Shown here one piece after another: positions 36,151 through 46,217 of a stretch of 64,000 nt of DNA. The stretch covers positions 13,909 through 77,908 of the forward strand of contig SFEG01000008.1 in NCBI GenBank assembly GCA_004558025.1, in the 5' to 3' direction. The DNA is from Clostridiales bacterium (GTDB taxonomy: Bacteria > Bacillota > Clostridia > Oscillospirales > Oscillospiraceae). A model generated the notes under the pieces. The model made no database searches, was not told the origin of the DNA, and was given only the letters and a program-made list of their open reading frames with translations. Numbering within the stretch: position 1 is the stretch's first letter; the number at the start of each line of letters is the position of its first letter. The translations under genes and the position numbers were made by a program.

Positions 36151-37434
36151 TTAATCTCGATACTCAAACTCGAGGTTATAGATGCTGACGGTGTCACCGT
36201 CGCGAATGCCCATTTCCTCCATGCGCTTGTAAACGCCGTTATCGCGCAGGACGCGGTCGAAGTACATCATACTCTCGTTATCTGAGAAGTTGACAGAGGA
36301 CATGAGCCTTTGCAGCCAGCCACCCTCGACGACCCAGACATCGTCGTACTTTTCGATGGTGAGAGTCTCGGATGTGTCTATTACCGGCTCGGGCGGAACA
36401 TAGTCGGCCTCGAAGTGAATGACCGGCGGCAGCTCGCGCAGCTGATCGGCAGCCATGTTCACAAGCTCGCGCGTTCCGTGATGCGTCGCGGCGCTCATCT
36501 CGAAAAATTCATAGCCCAGAGCCTCGACGTGTGCCTTGAGCCGTTCGATATTCTCTCGGTCATCGCCGCACAGGTCGCATTTGTTTGCGGCGACTATCTG
36601 CCTGCGCTCGGCAAGCTCGGCGGAATACTCCTTGAGCTCGGCGTTTATCGCATCAAAATCCTCGACCGGGTCTCGACCCTCGGAGCCCGAAACGTCGACG
36701 AGATGAATGAGCAGACGGCAGCGGTCTATGTGCCGCAGAAAATCGTGGCCGAGACCCGCACCCTCGGACGCGCCCTCGATTATGCCGGGGATATCGGCCA
36801 TGACGAAGGAGCGGCCTTCGTCTACATATACGACGCCGAGGTTGGGGAACAGCGTCGTGAAATGATAGTTTGCGATCTTCGGGTGCGCCTTGCTTACGAC
36901 CGACAGCAGGGTAGACTTGCCCACATTGGGGAAGCCGACCAAACCTACGTCGGCCAAAAGCTTGAGCTCGAGCGTGATATCGTGAGCCTCGCCCGGAAGA
37001 CCGGGCTTTGCAAAACGGGGGACCTGCCTTGTGGGCGTTGCAAAATGCTTGTTGCCCCAGCCGCCCTTGCCGCCGCGCGCGGCGATGAAGGGCTTGCCGT
37101 CGGACATGTCGTGCATTATGCCGCCGGTCTCGGTATCACGTACGAGCGTGCCGCGCGGAACGCGGATATACAGGCTTTCGCCGTCCTTGCCGGAGCAGCG
37201 CTTGCCCTGACCGTCCGCGCCCGTTCCCGCGACGTACTTGCGCTTATATCTGAAGTCCATCAGCGTGGACATGTTGTCGTCGACAACGAAAACGATATCG
37301 CCGCCCTTGCCGCCGTCGCCGCCGTCGGGACCGCCCGCAGCGACATACTTCTCGCGGTGGAACGCGACGGCGCCGTTGCCGCCGTTTCCGGCCTTTATCG
37401 TTATCTTTGCTTTATCAACAAAAGAGGTAGCCAT
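36151..37434 (-). CDS. obg: GTPase Obg/CgtA
   Basis: FVDKAKITIKAGNGGNG Obg fold, G1 GFPNVGKST, DIPGIIEGA, and a C-terminal TGS/OCT-like domain. Confidence 0.95.
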   Translation of the reverse strand: MATSFVDKAKITIKAGNGGNGAVAFHREKYVAAGGPDGGDGGKGGDIVFVVDDNMSTLMDFRYKRKYVAGTGADGQGKRCSGKDGESLYIRVPRGTLVRDTETGGIMHDMSDGKPFIAARGGKGGWGNKHFATPTRQVPRFAKPGLPGEAHDITLELKLLADVGLVGFPNVGKSTLLSVVSKAHPKIANYHFTTLFPNLGVVYVDEGRSFVMADIPGIIEGASEGAGLGHDFLRHIDRCRLLIHLVDVSGSEGRDPVEDFDAINAELKEYSAELAERRQIVAANKCDLCGDDRENIERLKAHVEALGYEFFEMSAATHHGTRELVNMAADQLRELPPVIHFEADYVPPEPVIDTSETLTIEKYDDVWVVEGGWLQRLMSSVNFSDNESMMYFDRVLRDNGVYKRMEEMGIRDGDTVSIYNLEFEYRD

Positions 37435-37499
37435 ATTTCACCTCACTATAAATATTTGTTATTTACTCTGGCTCTGTCATATATAACAGAACCTTAAAG

Positions 37500-37531
37500 T
37501 AAATGCCGGACGAAAGCTTCGTCCGGCATCG
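37500..37531 (-). terminator. Hairpin between rpmA and obg (probable partial terminator)
   Basis: atgccggacgaa-agc-ttcgtccggcat is a 12-bp perfect stem, but the T-run on the minus strand is short. Confidence 0.5.
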
Positions 37532-37541
37532 TCATGTTAAT

Positions 37542-37805
37542 TTACTGAGCGATCTCTTCGTAAACAGAAACCTGCTTGCGATCCTTATCCTTGCGCTCGA
37601 ACTTTACCTTGCCGTCTACGAGAGCGAACAGGGTGTCGTCCTTACCCTTACCAACGTTGGTGCCGGGATGGATCTTAGTTCCGCGCTGTCTGACGAGGAT
37701 ATTTCCGGCCAGGACGAACTGACCGTCTGCTCTTTTGACACCAAGACGCTTAGACTCACTGTCGCGGCCGTTCTTGGTAGAACCCATACCTTTTTTATGT
37801 GCCAT
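37542..37805 (-). CDS. rpmA: 50S ribosomal protein L27
   Basis: [24 protein letters not shown]. It begins directly at the mature N-terminus, with no propeptide. Confidence 0.96.
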   Translation of the reverse strand: MAHKKGMGSTKNGRDSESKRLGVKRADGQFVLAGNILVRQRGTKIHPGTNVGKGKDDTLFALVDGKVKFERKDKDRKQVSVYEEIAQ

Positions 37806-37843
37806 TAAGGTTACACCTCCATTATCAGTAGTAGCGGGGAAAA

Positions 37844-38158
37844 TTATGCGTTGATGGTTTCGATCTGAACCTTGGTATAAGGCTGTCTGTGACCCTGCGT
37901 TCTGCGATAGCCCTTTTTGGGCTTCATCTTGTAGACGCGGACCTTCTTGCCCTTGCCGTTCTTGACGACATTTGCGGAAACGGTAGCGCCGTCGATAACA
38001 GGAGCGCCGAAAACGGTGCTGTCGCCGTCGATAACTGCGAGGACCTTGTCAAACTTAACGGTCTCGCCGGCCTCAACGTCGAGCTTCTCAACGAAGATAA
38101 CGTCGCCCTCTGCCACACGGTACTGCTTACCGCCGGTCATGATGATAGCATGCTTCAT
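37844..38158 (-). CDS. rplU: 50S ribosomal protein L21
   Basis: [19 protein letters not shown]...[17 protein letters not shown]. Confidence 0.96.
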   Translation of the reverse strand: MKHAIIMTGGKQYRVAEGDVIFVEKLDVEAGETVKFDKVLAVIDGDSTVFGAPVIDGATVSANVVKNGKGKKVRVYKMKPKKGYRRTQGHRQPYTKVQIETINA

Positions 38159-38271
38159 AAACTAACAATCCTTTCTTCAGGTCTCGCTCTCATGGGTGCC
38201 GGACAGACTCCGGACTTCCGACCCATTCAATGCGGCTCGAATAGCATATCACATCAGCCCTTGATTGTCAA
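38159..38271 (-). promoter_or_regulatory. rplU promoter and structured 5' leader (possible L21-leader-type element)
   Basis: On the minus strand: TTGACA (38266-38271), 17 nt, TATGCT (38243-38248). The leader has nested stems atgggt...acccat and ccgg...ccgg. Confidence 0.35.
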
Positions 38272-38459
38272 CGATTTTTAGAGGTGCTTTAACGCATTTA
38301 CGAATATTTATGTTGCGTCAGCCCGGTATCCGAACCGCTGATAGACACTTTTGCAATGGCCTTGAGGAGGAATGAATGAAAATCGATTTGCAAAACGCGG
38401 ACGAACATGAGATAATATATAATACTAACAGATAAATCACGAGAAATGAGGGTATCCTA

Positions 38460-39977
38460 TTGCTTAAAAAACTGTTGTCACGAACTGCGATAACGGCTGT
38501 GCTGATCCTTGTGCAGCTGGTGTGGATAGCGGCGCTCGTCCTGCGCCTTGGCGATGCGCTGCCGGTGTTAAACTATATCCTGCGTATACTGAGCATTATC
38601 GCCATACTGCACGTCATAAAAAATGATATGGATCCGTCTTATAAGGTCAGCTGGGTGCTGTTTATCGCACTTTTGCCGCTGTTCGGCGGCCTTATGTACG
38701 TTCTGTTCGGCAATAAGCGGCCGACAAGAGTTGTGCGCGATAAGCTTAACGTTCAGATTGAGGAAACACGGCGGTACTATACCCTGTGCCCGTCGGTCGT
38801 CGATGAGATCGACGATGCAGGCGTGCGCGGCATTTTCCGATATCTTGAGTCCTACAGCGGCTACAGAGCGTGCCGCGATACGAAAACGACCTATTTCCCC
38901 GTCGGCGAGGATATGTATGCAAACCTGCTGCCTGAGCTTGAAAAGGCGGAAAAATTCATTTTCCTCGAGTATTTTATCATAAATTCGGGGCAGATGTGGG
39001 ATTCCGTGCTCGATATTCTGCGCCGCAAGGTCGCGCAGGGGGTCGATGTGCGTGTCATATACGACGACGTCGGATGTGCGGATTATCTGCCGGCAAATTA
39101 TTATCAGACCCTGCGCAGTTACGGCATCAAGGCCATGGCGTTCAATAAATTCGTTCCCGTCGTCAGCGTCGTTATGAATAACCGTGATCATCGAAAGATA
39201 ATGGTCATTGACGGCAAGGTCGGCTTTATAGGCGGCATAAATATAAGCGATGAGTATATAAACCGCAAGGAGCGCTTCGGCCACTGGAAGGACACGGGGC
39301 TCATGTTCAAGGGTCCGGGAGTCGAAAACCTCACGATCATGTTCCTTGAAATGTGGAACGCCTTCGAGGAAAAAGAAGGGACTTACGGCGATTATGTGCC
39401 CGAAAAATATGAAGAAAGCGGCGGTGAGGGCGATGGCTATATCCTCAGCTTTTCCGACAGCCCGCTCGACGATGAGAACACGAGCGAGAACGTCTATGCC
39501 AATATCCTCTACAGTGCAAGCGACTACGTATATATAACAACGCCGTACCTCGCGATCGACATCAGCCTGCAAAACGCCCTGTGCCTTGCGGCAAAGCGCG
39601 GTGTTGATGTGCGCCTTATTACCCCGGGAATACCCGATAAAAAGATGGTATACCGCCTGACAAGGTCGTATTATGCGCCGCTCATCCGCGCGGGGGTGAA
39701 AATCTATGGGTACACGCCCGGCTTCGTGCACGCAAAAAGCTATGTCTCCGACGATAAGCTCGGAGTTGTAGGCACGATAAACATGGACTACCGCAGCCTG
39801 TATCTGCACTTTGAGTGCGGAACGCTCATGTACGACTGCCCGGCCGTGATAGATTTGAGAAACGACGATCTCGCAACAATGGAAAAATGCCGCAAAATCG
39901 AGCTTTCCGACTGCCGCACGAGCTTCTTCGGCGAGCTTTTGGATCGCGTGCTGAGAGTTATCGCGCCGTTATTATAA
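38460..39977 (+). CDS. cls: Cardiolipin synthase
   Basis: Two HKD motifs (HRKIMVIDGKVGFIGGINISDEY and HAKSYVSDDKLGVVGTINMDYRS), N-terminal TM helices, TTG start. Confidence 0.92.
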   Translation: MLKKLLSRTAITAVLILVQLVWIAALVLRLGDALPVLNYILRILSIIAILHVIKNDMDPSYKVSWVLFIALLPLFGGLMYVLFGNKRPTRVVRDKLNVQIEETRRYYTLCPSVVDEIDDAGVRGIFRYLESYSGYRACRDTKTTYFPVGEDMYANLLPELEKAEKFIFLEYFIINSGQMWDSVLDILRRKVAQGVDVRVIYDDVGCADYLPANYYQTLRSYGIKAMAFNKFVPVVSVVMNNRDHRKIMVIDGKVGFIGGINISDEYINRKERFGHWKDTGLMFKGPGVENLTIMFLEMWNAFEEKEGTYGDYVPEKYEESGGEGDGYILSFSDSPLDDENTSENVYANILYSASDYVYITTPYLAIDISLQNALCLAAKRGVDVRLITPGIPDKKMVYRLTRSYYAPLIRAGVKIYGYTPGFVHAKSYVSDDKLGVVGTINMDYRSLYLHFECGTLMYDCPAVIDLRNDDLATMEKCRKIELSDCRTSFFGELLDRVLRVIAPLL

Positions 39978-39981
39978 CAAT

Positions 39982-40024
39982 AAAAAAACAGCCTCTCCCG
40001 TGCGGGAGAGGCTGTTTTTTGTTT
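39982..40024. terminator. Bidirectional terminator between cls and ackA
   Basis: acagcctctccc-gtgc-gggagaggctgt flanked by an A-run and a T-run. Confidence 0.85.
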
Positions 40025-40028
40025 TATC

Positions 40029-41225
40029 TTAGCCGACTATATCGCGGGTATCGCGTGCGATGACGAGCTCTTCGTTGGTGGGGATAACGAAAACCTTGAC
40101 CTTGGAGTCTGGGGTGGAGATCATGATGTCCTCGCCGCGCTTGGAGTTTGCCTCGTCGTCGATGGTGACGCCCAGGTAGCCGAAGTATTCGGCGATGGCC
40201 TTGCGGGAGCTCTTGGAGTTCTCGCCGACACCGGCGGTGAATACGATCGCGTCAACGCCGTTCATTGCCGCAACGTAGGAGCCTGCGACCTTTGCGACCC
40301 AGTAATGGAACATGTCAAGTGCCAGCTGTGCGCGCTCATTGCCCTCGGCAGCGGCATTGTCGAGATCGCGGAAGTCGGAGGAAACGCCGGAAACGCCAAG
40401 GACACCGGACTTCTTGTTGAGTATGTTGAGCATCTCGTCGATGCTTATGCCGTACTTGTTCATGATAAACTGGATAACGCCCGCGTCGAGGTCGCCGCAG
40501 CGGGTGCCCATGGGGAGGCCGACCAGCGGAGTGAAGCCCATGGAGGTATCGACGCACTTGCCGCAGTCGATAGCGGCGATTGAGCTGCCGTTGCCCATGT
40601 GGCAGGAGACGATCTTAAGCTCCTCGATGGGCTTGCCCATCAGCTCTGCGCAGCGTCCGGAAACATAGCGGTGCGAGGTGCCGTGGAAGCCGTAGCGGCG
40701 GATGCCGTCGTTTTTGTAATACTCATAGGGAACAGCGTACATGTAAGCCTTGCCGGGCATGGTTTGATGGAATGCGGTGTCGAACACTGCAACCATGGGA
40801 ACATTGCCCATAACGTCGCGGCAGGCATTGATGCCGATGATGTTTGCGGGGTTGTGCAGGGGAGCGAAGGGAGTGCACTCCTTGAGAGCTTCCATGACGG
40901 CATCGTCGATGCGGACAGAGGAAGCAAACTTCTCGCCGCCGTGAACGACGCGGTGACCGACAGCGTCGATCTCCTTCATGGAGGCGACAACGCCGTACTC
41001 GGCGCTGGTGAGCTTGTCGATAACAGCGGCTATTGCCTCTGCATGAGTGGGCATTGCAAGATCCTCGTCGAATACGGGCTTGCCGCCGACCAGCGGACTG
41101 TGCTTGAGGTGGCCGTCGATGCCGATACGCTCGCAAAGACCCTTAGCCATGACGGACTCGGTCTCCATGTCAATAAGCTGATACTTCAGCGAAGAGCTGC
41201 CTGCGTTGATAACAAGAATTTTCAT
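40029..41225 (-). CDS. ackA: Acetate kinase
   Basis: [41 protein letters not shown]. Confidence 0.96.
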   Translation of the reverse strand: MKILVINAGSSSLKYQLIDMETESVMAKGLCERIGIDGHLKHSPLVGGKPVFDEDLAMPTHAEAIAAVIDKLTSAEYGVVASMKEIDAVGHRVVHGGEKFASSVRIDDAVMEALKECTPFAPLHNPANIIGINACRDVMGNVPMVAVFDTAFHQTMPGKAYMYAVPYEYYKNDGIRRYGFHGTSHRYVSGRCAELMGKPIEELKIVSCHMGNGSSIAAIDCGKCVDTSMGFTPLVGLPMGTRCGDLDAGVIQFIMNKYGISIDEMLNILNKKSGVLGVSGVSSDFRDLDNAAAEGNERAQLALDMFHYWVAKVAGSYVAAMNGVDAIVFTAGVGENSKSSRKAIAEYFGYLGVTIDDEANSKRGEDIMISTPDSKVKVFVIPTNEELVIARDTRDIVG

Positions 41226-41324
41226 TCCAATATTCCTTTCTTATTGTAAAAATCACAAAAAAATTGTATCATTAGTGCATGCCTAAATTATTTTAATACA
41301 TTTTGCACAAAAAGCAAGTAATTT

Positions 41325-42548
41325 TTGAAAGGGATGAATGATTTGAGCGTAATTGGCATAGTAGGAGAGTATAATCCCTTCCATTATGGGCACATGCACC
41401 ATATCGCGGAGACGAAAAAGCTCATGGGCGAGGACTGCCCGGTGGTGTGCGTGATGTCGGGCGATTTCATCCAGCGCGGCGAGGCGGCTGTTTATTCAAA
41501 ATTTGCGCGCGCCGAGGCCGCGGTGCGCAGCGGAGTTGACCTTGTGCTTGAGCTTCCGCTGCCGTGGGTGCTGTCCTCGGCCGAGGGGTTTGCGCGCGGG
41601 GCTGTGGGGCTGCTGGGTGCAACCGGCATTGTTACGCACCTGAGCTTCGGCAGCGAATGCGGCGAGGTCGAGGTGCTCGAAACGATCGCTGAAACGCTCA
41701 TCGACCCGCTCATCGGCGCGGATATACGCACAGAGCTTGCCGCGGACGAGGGCATACCCTTTGCCGCCGCGCGGCAGAGAGCCGTGGCAAAGCGCCTCGG
41801 TGAAATGTCCTGCCAGCTGGAAACTCCGAATAATATCCTCGCCGTCGAATATATTAAAGCTATATACAATCTCGGCCTCAACTTAAAGCCGGTGACCATA
41901 CAGCGCTTCGGCGCGGGACACGACGAGCTCTCCGGCGAGGGCTATAAATCTGCGGCCGAGATACGCCGCATGATATCAAACGGCAAGGATATTGCCTCTG
42001 TTCTGCCCGAGAGCGCCCATGCCGTCTATCGCCGCGAGGAAAAGCTCGGCCGCGGCCCTGTGATGCCGGAGAGCCTGGAGAGCGCAATTGTATCGCGTCT
42101 GCGCATGCTGCCGGACTCTGCGTATGCCAATCTTCCCGACTCCGGGGAGGGGCTGCACAACCGTATTGCCCGCGCTGCGAAGGAGGAGTGCACCCTCGAC
42201 GCGATACTGGCCGCGGGAAAGAGTAAGCGCTACGCTCTCAGCCGCATAAGACGTATTATAATGTGCGCCGCCCTCGGGATAGACGCACGGATGACGGCGG
42301 AAACTCCGCCCTATGCCCGCGTTCTGGCCGCAACGGCGCGCGGCTGCACACTGCTGCGCGAAATGGGTGAAAAATCGCGCATACCGGTCGTAACAAAGCC
42401 CGCGGATATTAAAAACTATGATGCCGAATGCCTCAGCCTCTTTGAACTCGGCAGCGCCGCGCATGATCTTTACGTTCTCGGCTACAACGCTCAGCAGGAG
42501 CGTCGCGGCGGCGCGGACTGGCGCACGAGCCCGAAAATAATAAAATAA
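41325..42548 (+). CDS. tmcAL: tRNA(Met) cytidine acetate ligase TmcAL (UPF0348/YlbM family nucleotidyltransferase)
   Basis: GIVGEYNPFHYGHMHHI HIGH-like motif. The start is uncertain (TTG 41325, ATG 41334 or TTG 41343). Confidence 0.8.
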   Translation: MKGMNDLSVIGIVGEYNPFHYGHMHHIAETKKLMGEDCPVVCVMSGDFIQRGEAAVYSKFARAEAAVRSGVDLVLELPLPWVLSSAEGFARGAVGLLGATGIVTHLSFGSECGEVEVLETIAETLIDPLIGADIRTELAADEGIPFAAARQRAVAKRLGEMSCQLETPNNILAVEYIKAIYNLGLNLKPVTIQRFGAGHDELSGEGYKSAAEIRRMISNGKDIASVLPESAHAVYRREEKLGRGPVMPESLESAIVSRLRMLPDSAYANLPDSGEGLHNRIARAAKEECTLDAILAAGKSKRYALSRIRRIIMCAALGIDARMTAETPPYARVLAATARGCTLLREMGEKSRIPVVTKPADIKNYDAECLSLFELGSAAHDLYVLGYNAQQERRGGADWRTSPKIIK

Positions 42549-42613
42549 ATCATAAGAGAATAAGCGATCGCCCCTCTCACGTCGTATGACTGAGCGGGGC
42601 GGCTGATTATTTT

Positions 42614-44620
42614 TTATGGCTCCCCGGTCGAAAAGCCCTGTGCCTCTGCGTATTTCCGAGCTTCGGAATTTTTTGAGCAAATAACGGTCATTTTCGGGGA
42701 GTTGTGCAAAGCGTCTGTGCCGAAAAAGCCAACGGAGTCGGGGATATACATCGTTTTGAGACCGGAGCAGCCATAGAATGTGCGCCTGTCCATATGCAAT
42801 GTTCCGTCCGGTATTGTCACCGCCGTGAGGCTCTTGCAGAAATTGAAAGCGCTTTTGTCAATGAACTTAAGCTCTCGCGGAAGCCTGATTTCTTTGAGAG
42901 CTGTGCAGGCATAAAAAGCATCTTGTCCGATATATGTTACAGAGTCGGGTATGTCTACAGAGACAATATTGCGTTTTTTTGAAAATGCTCGGCTTTGAAT
43001 CCTTATAACAACTGAATTTTCAATGCCTGAGGGAATAACAAGCCTTGTATCCGTGCCGGTGTAGCCTATGACTTCGGCTATGCCGTCACGCCGTATGCGG
43101 AATTTATAACCGTCCTTTTCAACGACATATCCCTCATTGAACTGCTGCTCATTTTGAAGAGTCGTTCCGTATACATGGTCAATTGTTTTTGCGAGGGCTG
43201 TTTCAAACTGTCCGCTTTTATAAAATGTTACGTCATCGTGAGTTACATTTTGCCTTAACCAGCCGTCAAGCTCATCGCGGGTCTGCATCAGAAAAGCACT
43301 TTCAAAGCCGTTTGCCTTGAGCGCCGCATAAATTTGATCGCTGTCGCCGCCGTAGAGAACTATTATATCAAGCTTGAGCTTCGCCAGATCCTCGCCCAAA
43401 GCGTAGTGCATCTGTTTTGAGTTTGCGCCGAGCTTGTCTATGTGCCCTGTAACGAATATTCGCCGGCCGCCGTCCGAGACAGGCATCTGCTCAAGCGTTT
43501 TTGCCGACCCCAAAACCGTTTTCGGCTCGGCATTGAAGCAATCTATGAGCATTTTATAGCCGCCGACATTCCTGAAGTTCTGCCTCATACCGGAGGGCGT
43601 ATAGGTGTCGATAAGCTCTATGGCTCTTTCCATCGGCACTCCGGCCAGCCGTGCGACAGCAATAGCCATCGCGCCGTTATATGCATTGTAATCTCCGTAC
43701 AGATTAAGCTTTGAGAGGAAATTTCCTTCGGCGCAGGTAAATGAAAATTCAATGCCGCTGAGTGTGGTGGAGACGCCGTTTATGTAATAGTCCGCTCCGG
43801 GGTCTTTCATTGAAACCGTAACGACCCTGTGCGTGAAATGCGTTTTTGACAGAATGTCATCGTCGCCGTTTATAACGACGACTCCGTTTGGCTTAAGATA
43901 TTTTTCGAGGCTGCCTTTATCTTTAAGAATATTTTCACGCGTCATGTACTTATCCAAATGCGATTGCCCGATATTCGTAAGAACGGCAATATCCGGTCTC
44001 AGTATGCAGGCGGAGCTTTCGATGTACCCGGGCTGCACGCCGCCGACCTCCTGTACCCACCATTCATGCTTTGGCGTCAGCTTCTGGATGTTTCTGAGTA
44101 TGGCGCCGTGGCTGTTCGACATGGGGTTATGAGTGAGCGTGTGATAAGTATTTGTGATCACTGCGTTTATAAGGCCTGTAGTCGTCGTTTTTCCTACGCT
44201 TCCGCTTATTACTATTCTCTTGGCGTGACAGCCCTTTTCGCGCCAGAGCTCATAGGCCTGTACGCACGCAAGCGGATCCTTGACCGCGATCACCTTGTCA
44301 TTGTCCGGGAACAGGTCGTTTTTTACACTCTCGGGACAGAAAACCGCAAGAGCGCCTTTTTTCAGCGACTGAGAGATGATGCGATTGTGCTCATACCATC
44401 CGGCGCTGATCACAACGTCTCCAGGAGTTACATATTCCGACTGCGTCAATATTCTTCCGCAGACGGCGCTGCCCGATACGGAGCAAGGAACGGATGCGTC
44501 GATTATCTTTGCAAATTCGGCAAGTGTGAGCTTTTTTCCGCTATTGCCATGTGCACCGAACAATGATATCAAAGATGACACCTCCAAGTAATTCTGATCA
44601 ATTAAAATGAAATTTATCAC
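42614..44620 (-). CDS. Mur ligase family (MurF-like) protein fused to C-terminal BspA-type leucine-rich repeats
   Basis: P-loop ISGSVGKTTT and Mur-ligase middle and C-terminal regions. The last ~170 aa have repeats such as DIPDSVTYIGQDAFYACTALKEIRLP and IDKSAFNFCKSLTAVTIPDG. GC content is visibly lower than in the neighbours. Confidence 0.75.
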   Translation of the reverse strand: MINFILIDQNYLEVSSLISLFGAHGNSGKKLTLAEFAKIIDASVPCSVSGSAVCGRILTQSEYVTPGDVVISAGWYEHNRIISQSLKKGALAVFCPESVKNDLFPDNDKVIAVKDPLACVQAYELWREKGCHAKRIVISGSVGKTTTTGLINAVITNTYHTLTHNPMSNSHGAILRNIQKLTPKHEWWVQEVGGVQPGYIESSACILRPDIAVLTNIGQSHLDKYMTRENILKDKGSLEKYLKPNGVVVINGDDDILSKTHFTHRVVTVSMKDPGADYYINGVSTTLSGIEFSFTCAEGNFLSKLNLYGDYNAYNGAMAIAVARLAGVPMERAIELIDTYTPSGMRQNFRNVGGYKMLIDCFNAEPKTVLGSAKTLEQMPVSDGGRRIFVTGHIDKLGANSKQMHYALGEDLAKLKLDIIVLYGGDSDQIYAALKANGFESAFLMQTRDELDGWLRQNVTHDDVTFYKSGQFETALAKTIDHVYGTTLQNEQQFNEGYVVEKDGYKFRIRRDGIAEVIGYTGTDTRLVIPSGIENSVVIRIQSRAFSKKRNIVSVDIPDSVTYIGQDAFYACTALKEIRLPRELKFIDKSAFNFCKSLTAVTIPDGTLHMDRRTFYGCSGLKTMYIPDSVGFFGTDALHNSPKMTVICSKNSEARKYAEAQGFSTGEP

Positions 44621-44725
44621 AGAAATGAAAGGAATTCAAGCCGGACGTGAGGCGGAGGTGATATAACATATTGAAAAAATATCAAAAAAATATCAAATAA
44701 ATATTAATTTAAGAGCAAAAAACAG

Positions 44726-44754
44726 TTGCAATTTGCTTTTTCGTAGTTTATAAT
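44726..44754 (+). promoter_or_regulatory. Sigma-A type promoter of the liv-like operon
   Basis: TTGCAA, 17 nt, TATAAT. Confidence 0.55.
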
Positions 44755-44841
44755 GCCAAATATCAACGCGAAGACAAATGTTCGCCATGTGCGGACACGG
44801 AGAAAGTTGAAAGTTGATTTTAATTAGGAGGAAATAACCCA

Positions 44842-46011
44842 ATGAAGAAGTTTTTAGCACTTGTTCTTGCGATGCTCATGGTGTTCTCGCTGTGCGCATG
44901 CGGCGACGGCGGCGAAAGCGGCGAGAAGGTCGTCAAGATCGGCGTGTATGAGCCTCAGACCGGCGCAAACGGCGCAGGCGGCAAGCAGGAGATACTCGGC
45001 ATGCAGTATGCAAACGCTCAGAATCCCACCGTCGAGATCGGCGGCGAGACCTATAAGGTAGAGCTCGTTTACGCCGATAACGAGTCGGATACGGCAAAGG
45101 CTGTTTCCGCAGCATCCAAGCTCGTTGCAGAGGGCGTATCCGTCGTCCTCGGCTCCTACGGTTCTTCCGTTGCAATAGCGGCATCCGATACCTTCAAGGA
45201 AGCCGGCATTCCCGCGATCGGCGTCACCTGCACCAACCCCCAGGTCACCGAGGGTAACGATCACTACTTCCGTATCTGCTTCCTCGATCCGTTCCAGGGC
45301 ACCGTTCACGCAAACTTCGCAAAAGAGCAGCTGAAGGCTGACACCATCTACTGCCTGGGCGAGCTCGGCAACGACTATGACCAGGGCCTCATCAACTACT
45401 GCAAGGAAGCAGCGGAGAAGCTCGGCATGAAGGTCATCACCGAGTCCTTCCCCAAGGATAACTCCGACTTCACCTCTTACCTGAACAACGCCAAGAAGGC
45501 CGGCGCTCAGGCTATCTTCGCTCCCTGCTCGATCCAGTATGCACAGCTCATCGTTGAGCAGGCTGCCGCACAGGGCATCAACATTCCTCTCCTCGGCTCC
45601 GATACCTGGGATAACAACACCATCGTCGGCGCGACCAAGGGCAAGGACGTTAAGATCTATGTTTCCACCTTCTATCAGGAAGGCGCAAATCCCGACTTTG
45701 AAAAGGGCATCAAGGAATGGATCAACGGCGACGCAAAGAACCTTGAGAATAACGGCGGCAACGACATGCTCGCAGCAGTCACCGTCATGGGCTACGACGC
45801 ATACATGGTAGCGCTCGAGGCCATTAAGGCGGCAGGCTCGACCTCTCCTGCGGACATCATGGCAGCTCTGCCCGGCGTACAGTACACCGGCATCTCCGGC
45901 GATATCTCCTTCAATGACATCGGCGACGCAAACCGCGACTCCGCTGTTATCAAGGCTGCAAACAATGAGACCGGCGAGTGGGAATTCGTCGCGGTCCAGA
46001 AGGCTGCATAA
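44842..46011 (+). CDS. livJ: Branched-chain amino acid ABC transporter substrate-binding lipoprotein
   Basis: Lipobox SLCACG. Type I periplasmic-binding-fold-like sequence, upstream of the livHMGF homologues. Confidence 0.85.
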   Translation: MKKFLALVLAMLMVFSLCACGDGGESGEKVVKIGVYEPQTGANGAGGKQEILGMQYANAQNPTVEIGGETYKVELVYADNESDTAKAVSAASKLVAEGVSVVLGSYGSSVAIAASDTFKEAGIPAIGVTCTNPQVTEGNDHYFRICFLDPFQGTVHANFAKEQLKADTIYCLGELGNDYDQGLINYCKEAAEKLGMKVITESFPKDNSDFTSYLNNAKKAGAQAIFAPCSIQYAQLIVEQAAAQGINIPLLGSDTWDNNTIVGATKGKDVKIYVSTFYQEGANPDFEKGIKEWINGDAKNLENNGGNDMLAAVTVMGYDAYMVALEAIKAAGSTSPADIMAALPGVQYTGISGDISFNDIGDANRDSAVIKAANNETGEWEFVAVQKAA

Positions 46012-46061
46012 GCCGCAAAGCTACAGGAACAGCTTAATACCAAACCTGTAAACTTACACTG

Positions 46062-46090
46062 TGGTGGGGATGCCGCTGGCATCCCCACCA
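46062..46090 (+). promoter_or_regulatory. Intra-operon stem-loop after the binding-protein gene
   Basis: tggtggggatgcc-gct-ggcatccccacca is a 13-bp perfect stem with a weak T-tract. Probably a partial terminator or mRNA stabiliser. Confidence 0.5.
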
Positions 46091-46217
46091 TATGCCGTTT
46101 TATTAAGCGGCTCGATATCCCCCCTTAAAATCAAGGCTGGAGCGCATAAATATGCTCCGTACATAAAATTGCGGAGCGGATCTATGCGTTCCCAAAGAGA
46201 GATAGGATGGTCCTCAG

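Noticed and set aside
44670-44710. Direct repeats aaatatcaaa upstream of the liv operon as a CodY-like box
   Set aside because: The match to the AATTTTCWGAAAATT consensus is poor. This is AT-rich intergenic DNA and the repeats could be chance.
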